NCBI GenBank assembly: GCA_032718475.1
Contig: JAUCBJ010007504.1
Coordinates: forward strand, 1-64,000
Reading direction: 5' to 3'
DNA: 64,000 bases
DNA from: Nemertoderma westbladi
Taxonomy: Eukaryota; Animalia; Xenacoelomorpha
A model generated the notes under the pieces. That model was not told the origin of the DNA and searched no databases. It saw nothing but the letters and a program-made list of their open reading frames with translations. Made by a program: the position numbers and the translations under genes. Positions within the stretch are counted from its first letter, which is position 1; each line of letters starts with the position of its first letter. Shown piece after piece: positions 11,701-22,939 of this stretch.

Positions 11701-14700
11701 TCCGTTGGTCTTGGCTGATGCGTCAACTACCATCCGCAGTTTACCTTTCTTCGGGTCTATAGCCACGTGGAGTGGCAGGTAATAGGTCCTGTCCGTGTTT
11801 GGTTCGTCGACCGGTAACTCCACGGCCCATCCTTTCTCGACATACTTTCTAATTGTCTTGTGGATGTACTCATTCTTCTCGGGGCTCCGTTTTAACGTCT
11901 GCTTTAACTTGCGAAGCCTCGTAAGTACCATCCCTTTGTTGTCGGGTAAGGTAGCTTCGGTAGCTTCCATACCATCCCTATGGTATACCGCCCCTCATCG
12001 CATGTCATCGATTCCTTTACACTTTGTAAAGCCTGCTTGTCTTCTACCGAGGTTCCGACCCCGGTCTCCTTTAATCCCTCAAAATCATGCCTGAGCAGTC
12101 TCCTGAGCTGCTCCTCTGCTCCCTCATCCTCCATCTCTCGCATAGTTCCCGCGAACATGCATCCTGATGTCTCTGACATCCTAAATGGTATCTTACTCTT
12201 AATTGGGCCACTCAGCGTCCATCCAAATTGTGTTAGTATCGCCACCGGGTCACACTGCCTGTCTTCGCCGAAGACCATTTGCATTCTCTCGTGGGCCGTC
12301 GGGCAGTCCATTCCTACTATGATGGATACCTTCCTGACGTCCACCTCTGGGATTGAGAAGTCGATACTGTCCAGGAATCTATATTGTTCGACCTCGATGT
12401 TAGTTGGCCGCCTGGCGTATATATTTATCGACTCTATCACCTGGATGGGGTCGAAGGTCGCCCCATAGTCGCATCCCGGTGCCACCGCTGCTATCGCGCA
12501 CCATCCGGTTCTCATCTCCAGGACTTCATCTCTGCTGGAGATGGTTGTCACTGCCATTCTACTTGGCCTCGTTCTCAATCCTATCTCTTCGGCCACCCAA
12601 TTCTCGATTAGTGTGAAGGCTGCACCACTGTCGACCGGCATCAGTGTGGTTACTGATCGATTGCCTTCCCCGATTATCCTTACTGGTACTACCCCCAATA
12701 GTACCGTTCCTCTCTTCTTTGCTCCCACGGTGCTCGTTGCCATCGTCTGGCCTTTACTTTGATCGAACTTAATCGGCATTTCCTTGCATTGTCTAGCTCT
12801 GTGTCCACTCATCACACATCGCGAGCAGATCTCATTTCTCGCCGCCTATTCTACCTGATCTTCCCTGGGTAGCGCTTGCCAGTACCTGCAGTTCTGATGA
12901 AGCGCATTTGAATGTAGCTGGCATTTGCTCTTTGGATCATAGCTGTCCTTATACAGTGCATTGCGTATCGCAGTTGCATTTGTCCCAAAGTCCCTACTAT
13001 TCTTGTTGTTTGGGCTCGGCCTACCGGGCGTACTGGGGTTATGTTTGTCTGTGTTGTTATTTTTCCCCTGTCCGCTCCATGATGTGGTCTTACCCCCGGC
13101 TACCTGTGGACTAGCAGTCCCCTGCGTCGCTGCGTATGGCAGTGATTGTCTGAGCTTCGGCAATGCGTTCGACGCGTTGTGCTCTGGTTTCGGTTTGTGA
13201 TAATCGGTCTTTGATCCCTTTCCCAGGCTATCCTCGCTGTAGACTGGGTCCGTTATAAGTTCAGCTTCATAGTTTAAGAAGCTTGACATCTCTTCTAAAC
13301 CTGGTTCCGCACCCTTCCTATCTCGAGTGGAGAAAGCGATTTTCCTCCACTTATTGCGCAGCCACATTGGTAGTGCCTGGGCTATCGTGGTGATGTTGTT
13401 GGACGCGTTGAGTTCATATGGCGCATCCAGTGTCTTTAGCACGATTTGCGCCTTCTCGACTTTGTTAGCGAATGTCTTTATGCTAACGGGGTTATCCTGT
13501 AGGCCACCCGATGTTATACCTCTCAGGGTCTGCCGGATGATCTTGGCCGGGTGCCCGTATTCCCTGTCTAACGCCCGCCATGCCATCGTGAAGCCACCCT
13601 CGATGCCCTGGTATTGCCTCACGATGTCGTATGCTGGGCCCCCTGTATATACTTGCAGATACTTTAGGCACTCCGCCTGCGTCAAATTCTTTGTTAATAT
13701 TTCGTTACTCTACATGCGCCGAAACTGTAGGTATTCTTCCGGCCTACTTCCATCGAATTTGAATGGTTCCACGGGTGGTAACTCGATCCTTGTTTTTAGT
13801 GCATCGATTAACGTGGCCATCCCCATCGCTTGCGCTTCCAATGGGTTCGATGGATGCTGCATAGGTTCTCCCGTTGGGTGCGGTCCATTCATCCTGTTTG
13901 CTGCTTTCCTCTGACTTGGATATATCATAGGGGGTAGCGGCCCCCTCCATATTTCGGTGTTGCATGATCTATTCTCGTCCAAGGGGTTCGATGTTCTTAC
14001 TCCTATTGGGGTACATTGTTGATATTATGATGGGGGAATGTCACCCTGTCTCCCCCCCCACCGGTATGTTTGGTACTGGGGTTGATGTTAATATATTGGG
14101 GCCCATGCATCTATCCGCAATAATCCCCCCCTCCCCTGGGTATATGTTATGTCCTTGCATGCTGTAGTCATACTGCTGTGCTGGTACCGGTATAGGCCTA
14201 TCTACTTCTGGCCTCCCTGCCGGTATATACTCCGCGACTTCCGGGTTTAATCCCATTGTTCGCGCTATCCTATCGCCTATATTATCTCTCTCAGCGTGGT
14301 CTATGGTATGTGCAGTAAGGCCTACAGTATGTTCTGCAGTCTGTATGTGTCGCTCGGGATCGAAGTTTAATCTTCTCGAGTGATCCTCCCCGCGGCTACC
14401 GTATTCTCGATCGGTAGGTATATCCCGTCGGGAAGTTTCTCTTCGACCCCCTCTACTGCTCTCGTTCTCGTACCGGTACATCCCGTACCCCTCTCTCTGC
14501 ACGCAATGCGCCTCGTCAGGTCGCGTTCCTCCGGGGCGACGGCAATCTCCTGAAGTTCGACCCCTCTTACTCTCCATCTCCACCTCCACTACCGACGGCT
14601 CACTATCCGTCCTCGCTCTCCTGTCGTTCGCGGCGACACTTCTTCTACTCTCTTCCTTTCTTCTCTCCGCAGTGCAGTATTCCCGCTCGGGAGATCTCTC

Positions 14701-15112
14701 GTCGACCTCTCGGTTAAACTCCACTGTTCTTCTTCCCTCTTCTGATCGGGCTCGACGCTTCGTCCGCCCTCTCGCGACGTCAACCTGTCTCTCTCTGCTC
14801 GATTGCACGCCACTGGGGATACTCGCAATCCCCCTATTACTCTCCGTCGCCAGGTGTTGCGGTTTACCTATCTCGGCCCGCGCATTATCCGTCGACGCCT
14901 GTGGGGCACTCTCTGCCCCCCCCCCCCCTCTCGCCGCTAACTTGCTGTTGTGGGGCTCCTGTAGCCCCCCCCCCCCCCCACTCGCCACATCTAACTTCAC
15001 TATCTCTTACTTCGCTACTACACCCCCCTCTAGCCGACACATCAACCCTACTGCGGCTGGGTCCATTCACCCCCGCCTCTTCCTCTGCCACTGTGTGGCC
15101 TACCAGGCCCTC
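8719..15112 (-). pseudogene. Bel/Pao gag-pol polyprotein with stops and frameshifts
   Basis: Gag LPPVEPFKFDG and CSRCVMSGHRARQC knuckle; protease VDSGA; RT YYLPLH, CDIEGMF, YVDD; RNase H FSDAS, PKLEL, WTDS; integrase VDMFGP, SDSGTNF, VERLV; in-frame stops at 13710 and 12846; frameshifts near 14050 and 11970. Confidence 0.93.
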
Positions 15113-16315
15113 TGTAAAAGCTTTTGTGGGATAACTGATTCGTTTGCCTTGTTGGCCAGTTCCCCCCCAGTCGCTAAGAATACTCTCAAAGTGATCTACA
15201 GCTAAAAATAGTGCAAGTTACCAGCTTATTGGCTGATTTGCTGTACGCAGGCATCTGGGCTCTGTTTAATCGGCCAACAAGCCTAGGGAGGTTGCGTCAT
15301 AGCCTTGTTTTGTATCTCCCAATAGAATTTGAGTTATCCTTGATGTTGACCTATCACAGAGTACTGAACTGAAAATTTCCTATCTCACTGCTCTTTCTCT
15401 GTGTTGAACGGGAGCTTCGTGGAATAAGGGAGTTGGTATCCCCGTATAGAGCTGTAGTCACGAGTTTTACAAAGCCACGAAAGAACGGCTTTGTAGTGTT
15501 TTATGTTTTATGCTTTTTAGCTCAACACTAGTAGGTTTAATTACAAGGACATATATCCTTTAACCTGGCTGCAATTACGCATCAAACAACCTGGCTTTAA
15601 ACTCTGTAAATATCAAAACAAACTGGCACGATTGATCTGTGAATACTGCATACTGCTATTTGTTGTCGGTTATTCATTATATTTGTTGATGAATTATTAT
15701 ATTGGAATAACGAGAAATAACCCCGACACCCAATATTCTTGATATACCGAAGGTAAGAGAGAAAGGTTACCAATAACGATTGTGACTTATGTTAAAGTGG
15801 TTTGAAGTGAATCTAATGTTATTTGATAGACCCTACATGAGTCAGTCTGTGTTCCTTTTATATGTGACTAAAATCAGTGAAGATTGGCAGATTAGTGTGC
15901 AGTATTGTGCAGCATTGCGTATGAGCGAGTCTGTTAAAGAAGCAATTCCTAAAGAATGCGCCATATATGTGAATTATAATTAAGCCATATCGTTGTGAGT
16001 AGTTTAAGTCATAACTCTGTTTATATAGATAAAGCGCCACGTCCTAAAGGAACTGTTAATATTCCCGAAGGTAAATAATATTGTCAGAGATTATATAATA
16101 CTGTCAGTCGAATAATACATTAAGCTTACATAGCAATAAAATTAAACCGTCGAACCCAATCTCCCGGGAATATCCAGCGGGTGAATGGTCGCGCACGGAT
16201 TGGTTTCGACTAGTGTAGTGAATCAAATACTTGTCATAGGCTAAAAAGCGATTTAATATCTAGAAGACATCTTAATTTGGCGGGTTAAACTGCCAAAGGT
16301 CTGAAAGCGCGAACA
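15113..16315. mobile_element. LTR of an unrelated family ('LTR-X'), ~1.2 kb, non-matching flanks
   Basis: Begins TGTAAAAGCTTTTG and ends GAAAGCGCGAACA; homologous end to end with 37410-38586; flanks CCCTC / TTAAA are not a TSD. Confidence 0.8.
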
Positions 16316-16610
16316 TTAAAGGATATATCTTCTTTGTTGCAGTAAGCAATAAAGTTGAAAGTACCGGTCAACCGGTAAACCTGAACGGTACACCTGTAGG
16401 TCAGTAGGCCTAACTGTTCTAACCGGTACTGCCGTATAAGTACACTAGTATTATTCGATTTGATTGTTGTATACCGGTAGGCTGTTTAGGGGATTAGGGA
16501 TTGATCACCCCTTATACCTTTATATGGTTTACTTATTTCTGTCAAGTTTTATTTATTTGTAGGCCAGTATTGAACAGAAGGCGTGTAAACCTGATCAGAT
16601 TGTGCAGACG

Positions 16611-17180
16611 ATTTGTAGGCTGAGCTGTTGTCTGATTGCTGTTAAGTCCGAACGAATTGCAGTGTGTGTAGATCACCTGTCCGATTAAGTACGATTAGGC
16701 AGTAGGGGCAGCGAACGCTGTAAGGTAAACCCCCAACTAAAGAATAAGTCGCACTACTGGGTTAGAGCGCATACTCCCTTATCATTTCGGAGTCTGCATG
16801 TCCTGTAGTTTATTTAGGCTTGAGAGTAGTCTGCCATCGTTTAGTCTGTACTTTGTTTGTGTAAGTCTGTACGGGTAGCGTATAATTTATTTAGATAATT
16901 TGTAGGCTGGATAGTTGTCTGGCTGTTATTAGGTCTGAACGGATTGCCGCGTGTGTAGATCATCTGTCCGATTAAGTACGGTTAGGCAGTAGGGGCAGCG
17001 AACGCTGTAAGGTAAACCCCCAACTAAAGAATAAGTCGCACTACTGGGTTAGAGCGCATACTCCCTAATCATTTCGGAGTCTGCATATACCGTAGTTTGT
17101 TTAGGCTTGATAGTAGTCTGTCGGTATTTGGTCTGCATTTTGTTTGAGTAGTTTGTACGCGTAGCGTAATATTTATTATT
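16611..17180. repeat. Tandem duplication of ~287 bp with near-identical ~120-bp core
   Basis: Copies start ATTTGTAGGCTG at ~16611 and ~16898; core GATTAAGTACG...GGAGTCTGCAT almost invariant. Confidence 0.9.
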
Positions 17181-18504
17181 CAGAGTCTATGCGATTATCC
17201 GCAACATTCATTCCCCAAGTTTGTTCCTACAATAATTGTGTTTGTTATACATACCGTTATAGTTAAATTAACCCCGGTACTACACGGGCTGCTTGGCGTA
17301 GGTAAAGACTGGTGATTTTGTGCACCGGTCACTCCAGCAGATGCTGTGGTTCTTTTAGCTGTTCAAGTATAGTTAACTACTGATTATCTGTTGTACAAGT
17401 ACTCGTACCTAATTTAGGGTTTAGTGTACAGTGCTTTCCGAAAGTAATTATTGTAGACATTATATCTGTATTGTAAAGTGGTTGATAGGCACATTCGATT
17501 AGCTCTATTAACTTCTAGGTAGGAACACTCCGTGATACATAACGTAGAACCTATAACGATACGGCTATAGGTCGTCAGGCGGTGGTATTTTTCTATCTAG
17601 ACAACGTAGTGTATTTACTACTACTTATTATTTCAAATACCGTAGTACCCTGTCCTTTGTAATAACCAGTTTTCTAACCCTTTGTTAGGCTGGTTTGTAG
17701 ACTTCTTGTAAAATTACCCTAAAAAATTTCGTATTTGTGTTTTTGTAAATTTTTTGTGTTTATTTAGAGATTGTAATCTCAACCCGAATTGTACGTAATT
17801 TGTAGTATTAAGTAACTTAGGTAAATTAGAATTATTTGTTTTAGTGTCCTATAAGTAACACTTCACTGAAAGCGCACCGCTTTGCGTAGTGATTACTCCC
17901 CAGAAATAATAACATTTATTTCAAACATTGACAAAACCCATTAAAACGGGTATATATATATATATTATAAATCAACTCAAACGATTTATAAATAGTAGGC
18001 CTGCCATATAACAATTAGGTCTCAATATCAGTTGGACTACTGCTTAAATAACAGTAATAAAGTAAGTTAAAGTAACCAAGTAACCCTTAAAATTCAGAAA
18101 TTCGATTATTTAAAATAATTGACATACCGGTATTACAATAGGCTTATTATATTTATTTCTATAAATTTTAGGTTGAAATCATACCGGTACTCTGTAATTA
18201 ATTCTAGTCTGTAATTATACTTATATATATACACTATAAGTGTAAACTGCATACCGGTATTCACGATAGGCCTATTATATATTTATATATATTTGTGCTA
18301 AAATTATATACCGGTTTCTGTGAAAAACCTAGTCTGTAATAATACTTATATATACTATAAGCATACTGGTATACTAATATATTACATATCACGCTACACT
18401 GAGTAGCAGTATCAGTAATTAATTACTAGGCTAACAGTGATACTGAATTACTAGACTTGCTTTAACTGTAATATAGCAGTAGGCATTCAACTGTACAATC
18501 AAAC

Positions 18505-19389
18505 ATGTCTGACTCACAACAAACACTGTCAGATAGTCTCATAGAAAGTGTTAGAATGACTGTTAGACAGTGCCTTAAAAAGATCTGTGACCAAGATCAA
18601 AGTATAGAACATCCTAGATCCAAGTCGAAGTCACCTCCTGCTGTAAGAAAGGCCATCCCTACTGTAGTAATATCAGACCCTAGGCTAGTCCAACATCGTA
18701 GGTCTATCATAGGCACTCGAGCTCAGGTCAAGCGGGACCAAGAAGCAGCGGAACCTCAACAACCCGCGAGCCAAGAACCTAGTTCTCAGCGGCCCGAGAG
18801 ATCCAGTAGTTCGGATACTGTTGAGCGGACGCCCGAACGCGGAGCGAAGATGGCGGATACGGTTTATGATGAACGGCCAACCTATGAAGAATCAACCGAC
18901 GCCACTTCTTCTCAAGAAGAAAGCGAAGGGACAGCGGAGGGGCCGCGAAAGAGAGATGCCATTGACATCTATCTGTCAGACTATCAACGCTTTGTGGGAG
19001 ATGAAGAGTTGAGGAGAAGGCTGGAGGGGCTTAGCCCTAATAGTGAAGGAACCAAACTTGTGCTGGACGCAATCGATGCGGAAATGTTAGCGGCGAACCA
19101 AGCTAAATTCGATGAACAACTCCGCATCGCTAGAGACCAAGAAGAACAAGTAAAGAAAAAACGTATAGAAGACAGAAAGATAGCAGCCGTGGCAGAGGCA
19201 GAAAGAAAAGCGGCAGCGGCAGAGGCAAAAGCGGCAGCGGCAGAGGCAAAAGCGGCAGCGGCACAGGCAGTAGGTGTAATTCGGACGAGACAACCCACAA
19301 CATCTATTACTGTGAAATATTGCTATTCTTTCAGAAGTAGTTCGGCAATTACAATTATCGCAAACATACCCATCGAAATGTGTGCGTAA
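18505..19389 (+). CDS. Hypothetical disordered/coiled-coil protein; 3' end probably chimeric
   Basis: 294-aa ORF with ATG in AAAC context and upstream TATAAATA at ~17986; AEAKAAA repeats; after ~19270 it reads the antisense strand of a zinc-finger ORF. Confidence 0.5.
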   Translation: MSDSQQTLSDSLIESVRMTVRQCLKKICDQDQSIEHPRSKSKSPPAVRKAIPTVVISDPRLVQHRRSIIGTRAQVKRDQEAAEPQQPASQEPSSQRPERSSSSDTVERTPERGAKMADTVYDERPTYEESTDATSSQEESEGTAEGPRKRDAIDIYLSDYQRFVGDEELRRRLEGLSPNSEGTKLVLDAIDAEMLAANQAKFDEQLRIARDQEEQVKKKRIEDRKIAAVAEAERKAAAAEAKAAAAEAKAAAAQAVGVIRTRQPTTSITVKYCYSFRSSSAITIIANIPIEMCA

Positions 19390-19452
19390 ATGCCGTAAAT
19401 AATTTTTCTTAAGTATAGTACAACCGCAAAAAACGCAATTAATCTCCATCAT
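19270..19452 (-). pseudogene. Small C2H2/C2HC zinc-finger ORF, probably truncated
   Basis: MMEINCVFCGCTILKKNYLRHLRTH (C2H2) then CDNC...HSNRC; the frame then runs into the antisense strand of the 18505 ORF. Confidence 0.55.
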
Positions 19453-19745
19453 TATAATTATTATTATTACGATTATAATATATTTATTAACGTAGGTACA
19501 GAAAACATATTTACAATATGCCGATGAATGAGATGCGGCAGATTTTATGTAGATAAATATATCCAATACCCGGTCAACCAGCCACCCACACTAGAAAGCG
19601 TTTAACCAATCAAAATTTACTGAACTGACATTATCCTATTTATATGCTCTATTAACTATGTTGTATAATCGCGTGTAAGAGTATTGAAATAGTATTGACA
19701 TGTGTCACCACCCGAGTTTGGTGTTATGCGTTTAATGTCACATAT

Positions 19746-20378
19746 TTAATATGCGCGGTAAAATGCCGAATTAATCTCTTCCCCATACGGCGTTAAATTC
19801 GTCGGTAAAACCCCAAAATAATCATCCGAATAAATATTAGAAACGTAGAGTATTGCCGCATTACATTGTTGGCATATAAGCTGGCATATTTTATCACCGG
19901 ATGTTACAACGTATTCCTTAGATGTGTTGTTAATCAATATAATTACAAGTTGATCTATATTACCGCGTGCGACGCTGGAATCGACTGCACATTCTGCAAC
20001 ATCAATGCCAATTTTTGTCAAGCTAAAAGTCGGCGTAATTCTTCCAAAATAATTGGCGGGTAAATATATTTTAACACCCGTCTCAATTAACATCCGTGAG
20101 TGCGGCTCTATTGTTCTATTCACGGCGCTATATATGTCAATCCCAGCTGGGCTATATGAACCGCATACAGGTGCCCGAGCTGCTGGGCTTAACAATTCAA
20201 TTTTAATCGGAATAATTGAATTAGGACCGCGGTAACTATTTTCAGCTTGTATTATTGGAAACATTTTTTTATTATGCCGTATTTTACCTAAAAAAAGTCC
20301 TAAAAGAAAGGTAACAATAAATAATATATTTGAAAAAATGATCTTATCTATAGACTCAAGCTGCCCCAGTATTGCCAT
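19746..20378 (-). CDS. dUTPase-like protein with N-terminal transmembrane helix, likely catalytically inactive
   Basis: Motif I AGIDI and motif IV GDKICQLI kept; motif II RSG replaced (GRITPTFS); motif III degenerate (AVDSSVARG); motif V absent; hydrophobic IIFSNILFIVTFLLGLFLG followed by KIRHNKK; TATAAATA ~35 bp upstream. Confidence 0.82.
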   Translation of the reverse strand: MAILGQLESIDKIIFSNILFIVTFLLGLFLGKIRHNKKMFPIIQAENSYRGPNSIIPIKIELLSPAARAPVCGSYSPAGIDIYSAVNRTIEPHSRMLIETGVKIYLPANYFGRITPTFSLTKIGIDVAECAVDSSVARGNIDQLVIILINNTSKEYVVTSGDKICQLICQQCNAAILYVSNIYSDDYFGVLPTNLTPYGEEINSAFYRAY

Positions 20379-21013
20379 GTTGCTTAATCAATAATATTTT
20401 GACCAATGGGTATATTTATAATGGGTGTGTCTTTAAAACGCCGCTCGCGCGGCACAATCATTCGTTTTTAGTAATAAATGTGATTACAGAAAAATATCTG
20501 TCGTGAGAGAAAAGTTTGCGATCCCGACATTAAATTAAATTCGCTCATGCTTAAAATTATGAAACTTCTAAGAAGCTACACAGTTAATACAGTTGACGTC
20601 AATCAATTTAACCGTGAGTAATATTCTGTAGAAATTTGGGGGTGTGTCTATAGAAATTTCTATCGGCCGCATTAATCGCCGCTGCAAAGCTGTCACCACT
20701 TACGTCAACCAATTTAAGCGTAAATAAATATTTCCCTTGAAATTTATAGGAAGTTTTTCAAAAAAATTCTCTCGCGACAATAGCGATTAATCCGGTTGAG
20801 TGGTTAAAATATACCCGTTTTCCCGATAGCCCATCATTATATTATAAATACGTCTGTAAAATACTTTATTTTGTCATTCTGGTTAATTCATTCATTCATT
20901 ATCATGTCATTCTGGTTAATTCATTCATTATCATATTTTTCGCACATTGTATAGCGCGATATTATTGTATTTTATTTTTACACTTAATTATTAATATTTC
21001 GCAAAATTTGTTG
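20379..21013. promoter_or_regulatory. Divergent promoter region
   Basis: Minus-strand TATAAATA at ~20413-20420 and plus-strand TATAAATA at ~20843; paired motifs GGTGTGTCT, CGCCGCT and ACGTCAAYCAATTTAA. Confidence 0.5.
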
Positions 21014-22306
21014 ATGGAATCTGTGAAACCATCACAACCAAAAATGATGTCATTAAGCGGTAGCTCTACTGATAGTGTGCCCGCCCCATACGTATCGGTG
21101 ATTACAGGTAAGAGTGTGTGGGGCCTCGAGTGTTTGGGGGAAGGAATAGAAATAAAAGCATTTAACGGGAAATACGTTCAATTCAACCGTTGGGGTGATA
21201 CCAAAGGACGCAACGTCGTACAAGAATCGGTAAGTCTTACTTACCAGAACATAAGATTCCTGTTTGACTTCCTCAATTATAATAAAATAGCCATTGAATA
21301 TTACAAGGAATACACCCGAGGCAATTTGCTTATAACACCGATAAATCATGCGTACTTACGCATTGGGAAAAACGGCGCATCAATTTTTATCTCGCGAAAA
21401 ATTCTAGATTACTTACAAAGCTTCTACGGCAAAGTCGTTCTTTCCCGTATTGAACCAAAAAAGAAGGAAATTCATGATGAGAATTTTATGGAGTTCGAAG
21501 ATTGTGGGTACATTGGATATATCTACGACTTTGAAGGGCAACGATTTGTCGGCGTTTGGGAAGCGGATGATATAGGTAGACAGCGAAAGGGTGTTATATA
21601 TTACGATGGGTTGAATCTCAGAGCGGATGAATTCTGTTTGCTCGACTTTAACATAGATAAGAATGTTAACGAGAATATCGATGAGGTTAGTATGAGGTAC
21701 ACATCAACCGTTAACAAAAACGGGATATATTTGTCTCACAACTTCGACACCAAGGTTATTTTCATCCCACGAAACAACGCAAATGTCGCGATAATTAAGC
21801 AATTACAGAAGTACGCGGACCACGATATTCCGTCTGGGTGTGAGTTTCTACCGATTAAAAAGTTAGTTGTTGAGGCTGCGATTGATGAATTAACGGACGA
21901 GGAACTAATGAAAGTGGAAATGCCGAACAATGCTACTCAGCTGAAGACGTCCGAAGCAGTAAAAGTCGCTGCTAAGAAAATGGATGAGAAAAAAATCTGG
22001 TTGCCCGCGATTCCGGAAAATGAACAGGTAGACAGCACTGAAAAAAAGAATGATTATAAGGATATTGATACCCTCGTTGGGGGTGTGAGCGCTCAGATGA
22101 AGATGAAAACACCTAAAGCCATGAAAGAACAAGCGCTTAAGCGAAAAATTGATCTCATCGTGAATAAAACACCTAGCTATGAGTATGAAGATATCAGCGA
22201 CTTTGAAGAGGACATCGTCAATGATACGGATGATGGTGAAGACATTTTCAATGAAATCGAGACTAATGGGCAACCTCAAATAAAGAAGAATAAACATTCA
22301 GTGTGA
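21014..22306 (+). CDS. Protein with two PC4/Sub1-like (ssDNA-binding) modules, acidic tail and basic C-terminus
   Basis: IEIKAFNGKYVQFNRW...ESVSLTYQNIRFL and YIYDFEGQRFVGVW...DGLNLRADEFCLL both resemble the PC4 consensus (V..F.G..yvdIR.....GisL...w..L); AATAAA overlaps the ORF end. Confidence 0.62.
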   Translation: MESVKPSQPKMMSLSGSSTDSVPAPYVSVITGKSVWGLECLGEGIEIKAFNGKYVQFNRWGDTKGRNVVQESVSLTYQNIRFLFDFLNYNKIAIEYYKEYTRGNLLITPINHAYLRIGKNGASIFISRKILDYLQSFYGKVVLSRIEPKKKEIHDENFMEFEDCGYIGYIYDFEGQRFVGVWEADDIGRQRKGVIYYDGLNLRADEFCLLDFNIDKNVNENIDEVSMRYTSTVNKNGIYLSHNFDTKVIFIPRNNANVAIIKQLQKYADHDIPSGCEFLPIKKLVVEAAIDELTDEELMKVEMPNNATQLKTSEAVKVAAKKMDEKKIWLPAIPENEQVDSTEKKNDYKDIDTLVGGVSAQMKMKTPKAMKEQALKRKIDLIVNKTPSYEYEDISDFEEDIVNDTDDGEDIFNEIETNGQPQIKKNKHSV

Positions 22307-22498
22307 ATCTTCGAGCGGTAGAAACTTTATTATATAAATAGACCATGTTTCTGGTTGGTGTCATGGTAACGGTTAAATTATTATCTGTGGGTTTAATGAA
22401 TTATCGATTGAAATAAAAATGTTATATAGATTTAGTTATTTATTTATTATACACGCATTTACCGGTATTTATTATTATTATTATTATACATATTATAC

Positions 22499-22939
22499 AT
22501 GGATGTGGTTAGAGAAGATGAGATTGTGGTGGATGAGATTGTAGAGGATGATGAGAGTATCGAGGATGATGAGATTGTGGAGGATGGAGATGATAATGAG
22601 AACGAAATGATACTGGTAGCAATGTATTTGACAGAAAAAGATGAAGCGCGAGTGCAGAGATTGTTAGAGCCTAGGAATGCGTGGGAGGTGATAGAAAAAA
22701 AGTATTATATGGAGGAAGAGGCGAAGAAAAACAAGAGTGTGTGGGGGGAAGATTGGGAGTTGGAGATGGCGGCTGAGGGGGATAGGAGAGCAAAGGAGGC
22801 TGAGAGGTGCGCGCGGGAGAAGGCAATGGAAGAAAGGATTGAAATGTTGATGGGAATGTTAGAGATGTTAGGCGGTGGCGGAGGTAATGGCAATAATGTG
22901 GTGGATGTAGATAGCGAGGATAGCGGGATAAATGGGTGA
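22499..22939 (+). CDS. Small acidic hypothetical protein
   Basis: 146-aa D/E-rich ORF, TATATAAATA at ~22331; no recognisable family. Confidence 0.5.
   Translation: MDVVREDEIVVDEIVEDDESIEDDEIVEDGDDNENEMILVAMYLTEKDEARVQRLLEPRNAWEVIEKKYYMEEEAKKNKSVWGEDWELEMAAEGDRRAKEAERCAREKAMEERIEMLMGMLEMLGGGGGNGNNVVDVDSEDSGING

Larger units (their letters stand above)
3670..15112 (-). mobile_element. Bel/Pao LTR retrotransposon copy 1 (5'-truncated, decayed) with extra 3' ORF
   Basis: gag-protease-RT-RNaseH-integrase order with Bel/Pao motifs; PPT GGGGGGAG at 4251-4258 abuts a TGTTAG...GTCACA LTR; no 5' LTR, gag is cut at 15112 by another LTR. Confidence 0.92.

Noticed and set aside
5028-15205. Many plus-strand ORFs overlapping Bel copy 1, and minus-strand ones over copy 2, Gypsy and RepHel
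   Set aside because: Antisense shadows of real coding frames with no independent motifs.
19746-20378. Functional host or retroelement dUTPase (dut)
   Set aside because: Motifs II, III and V are degenerate or missing, and the gene lies outside the Bel elements.
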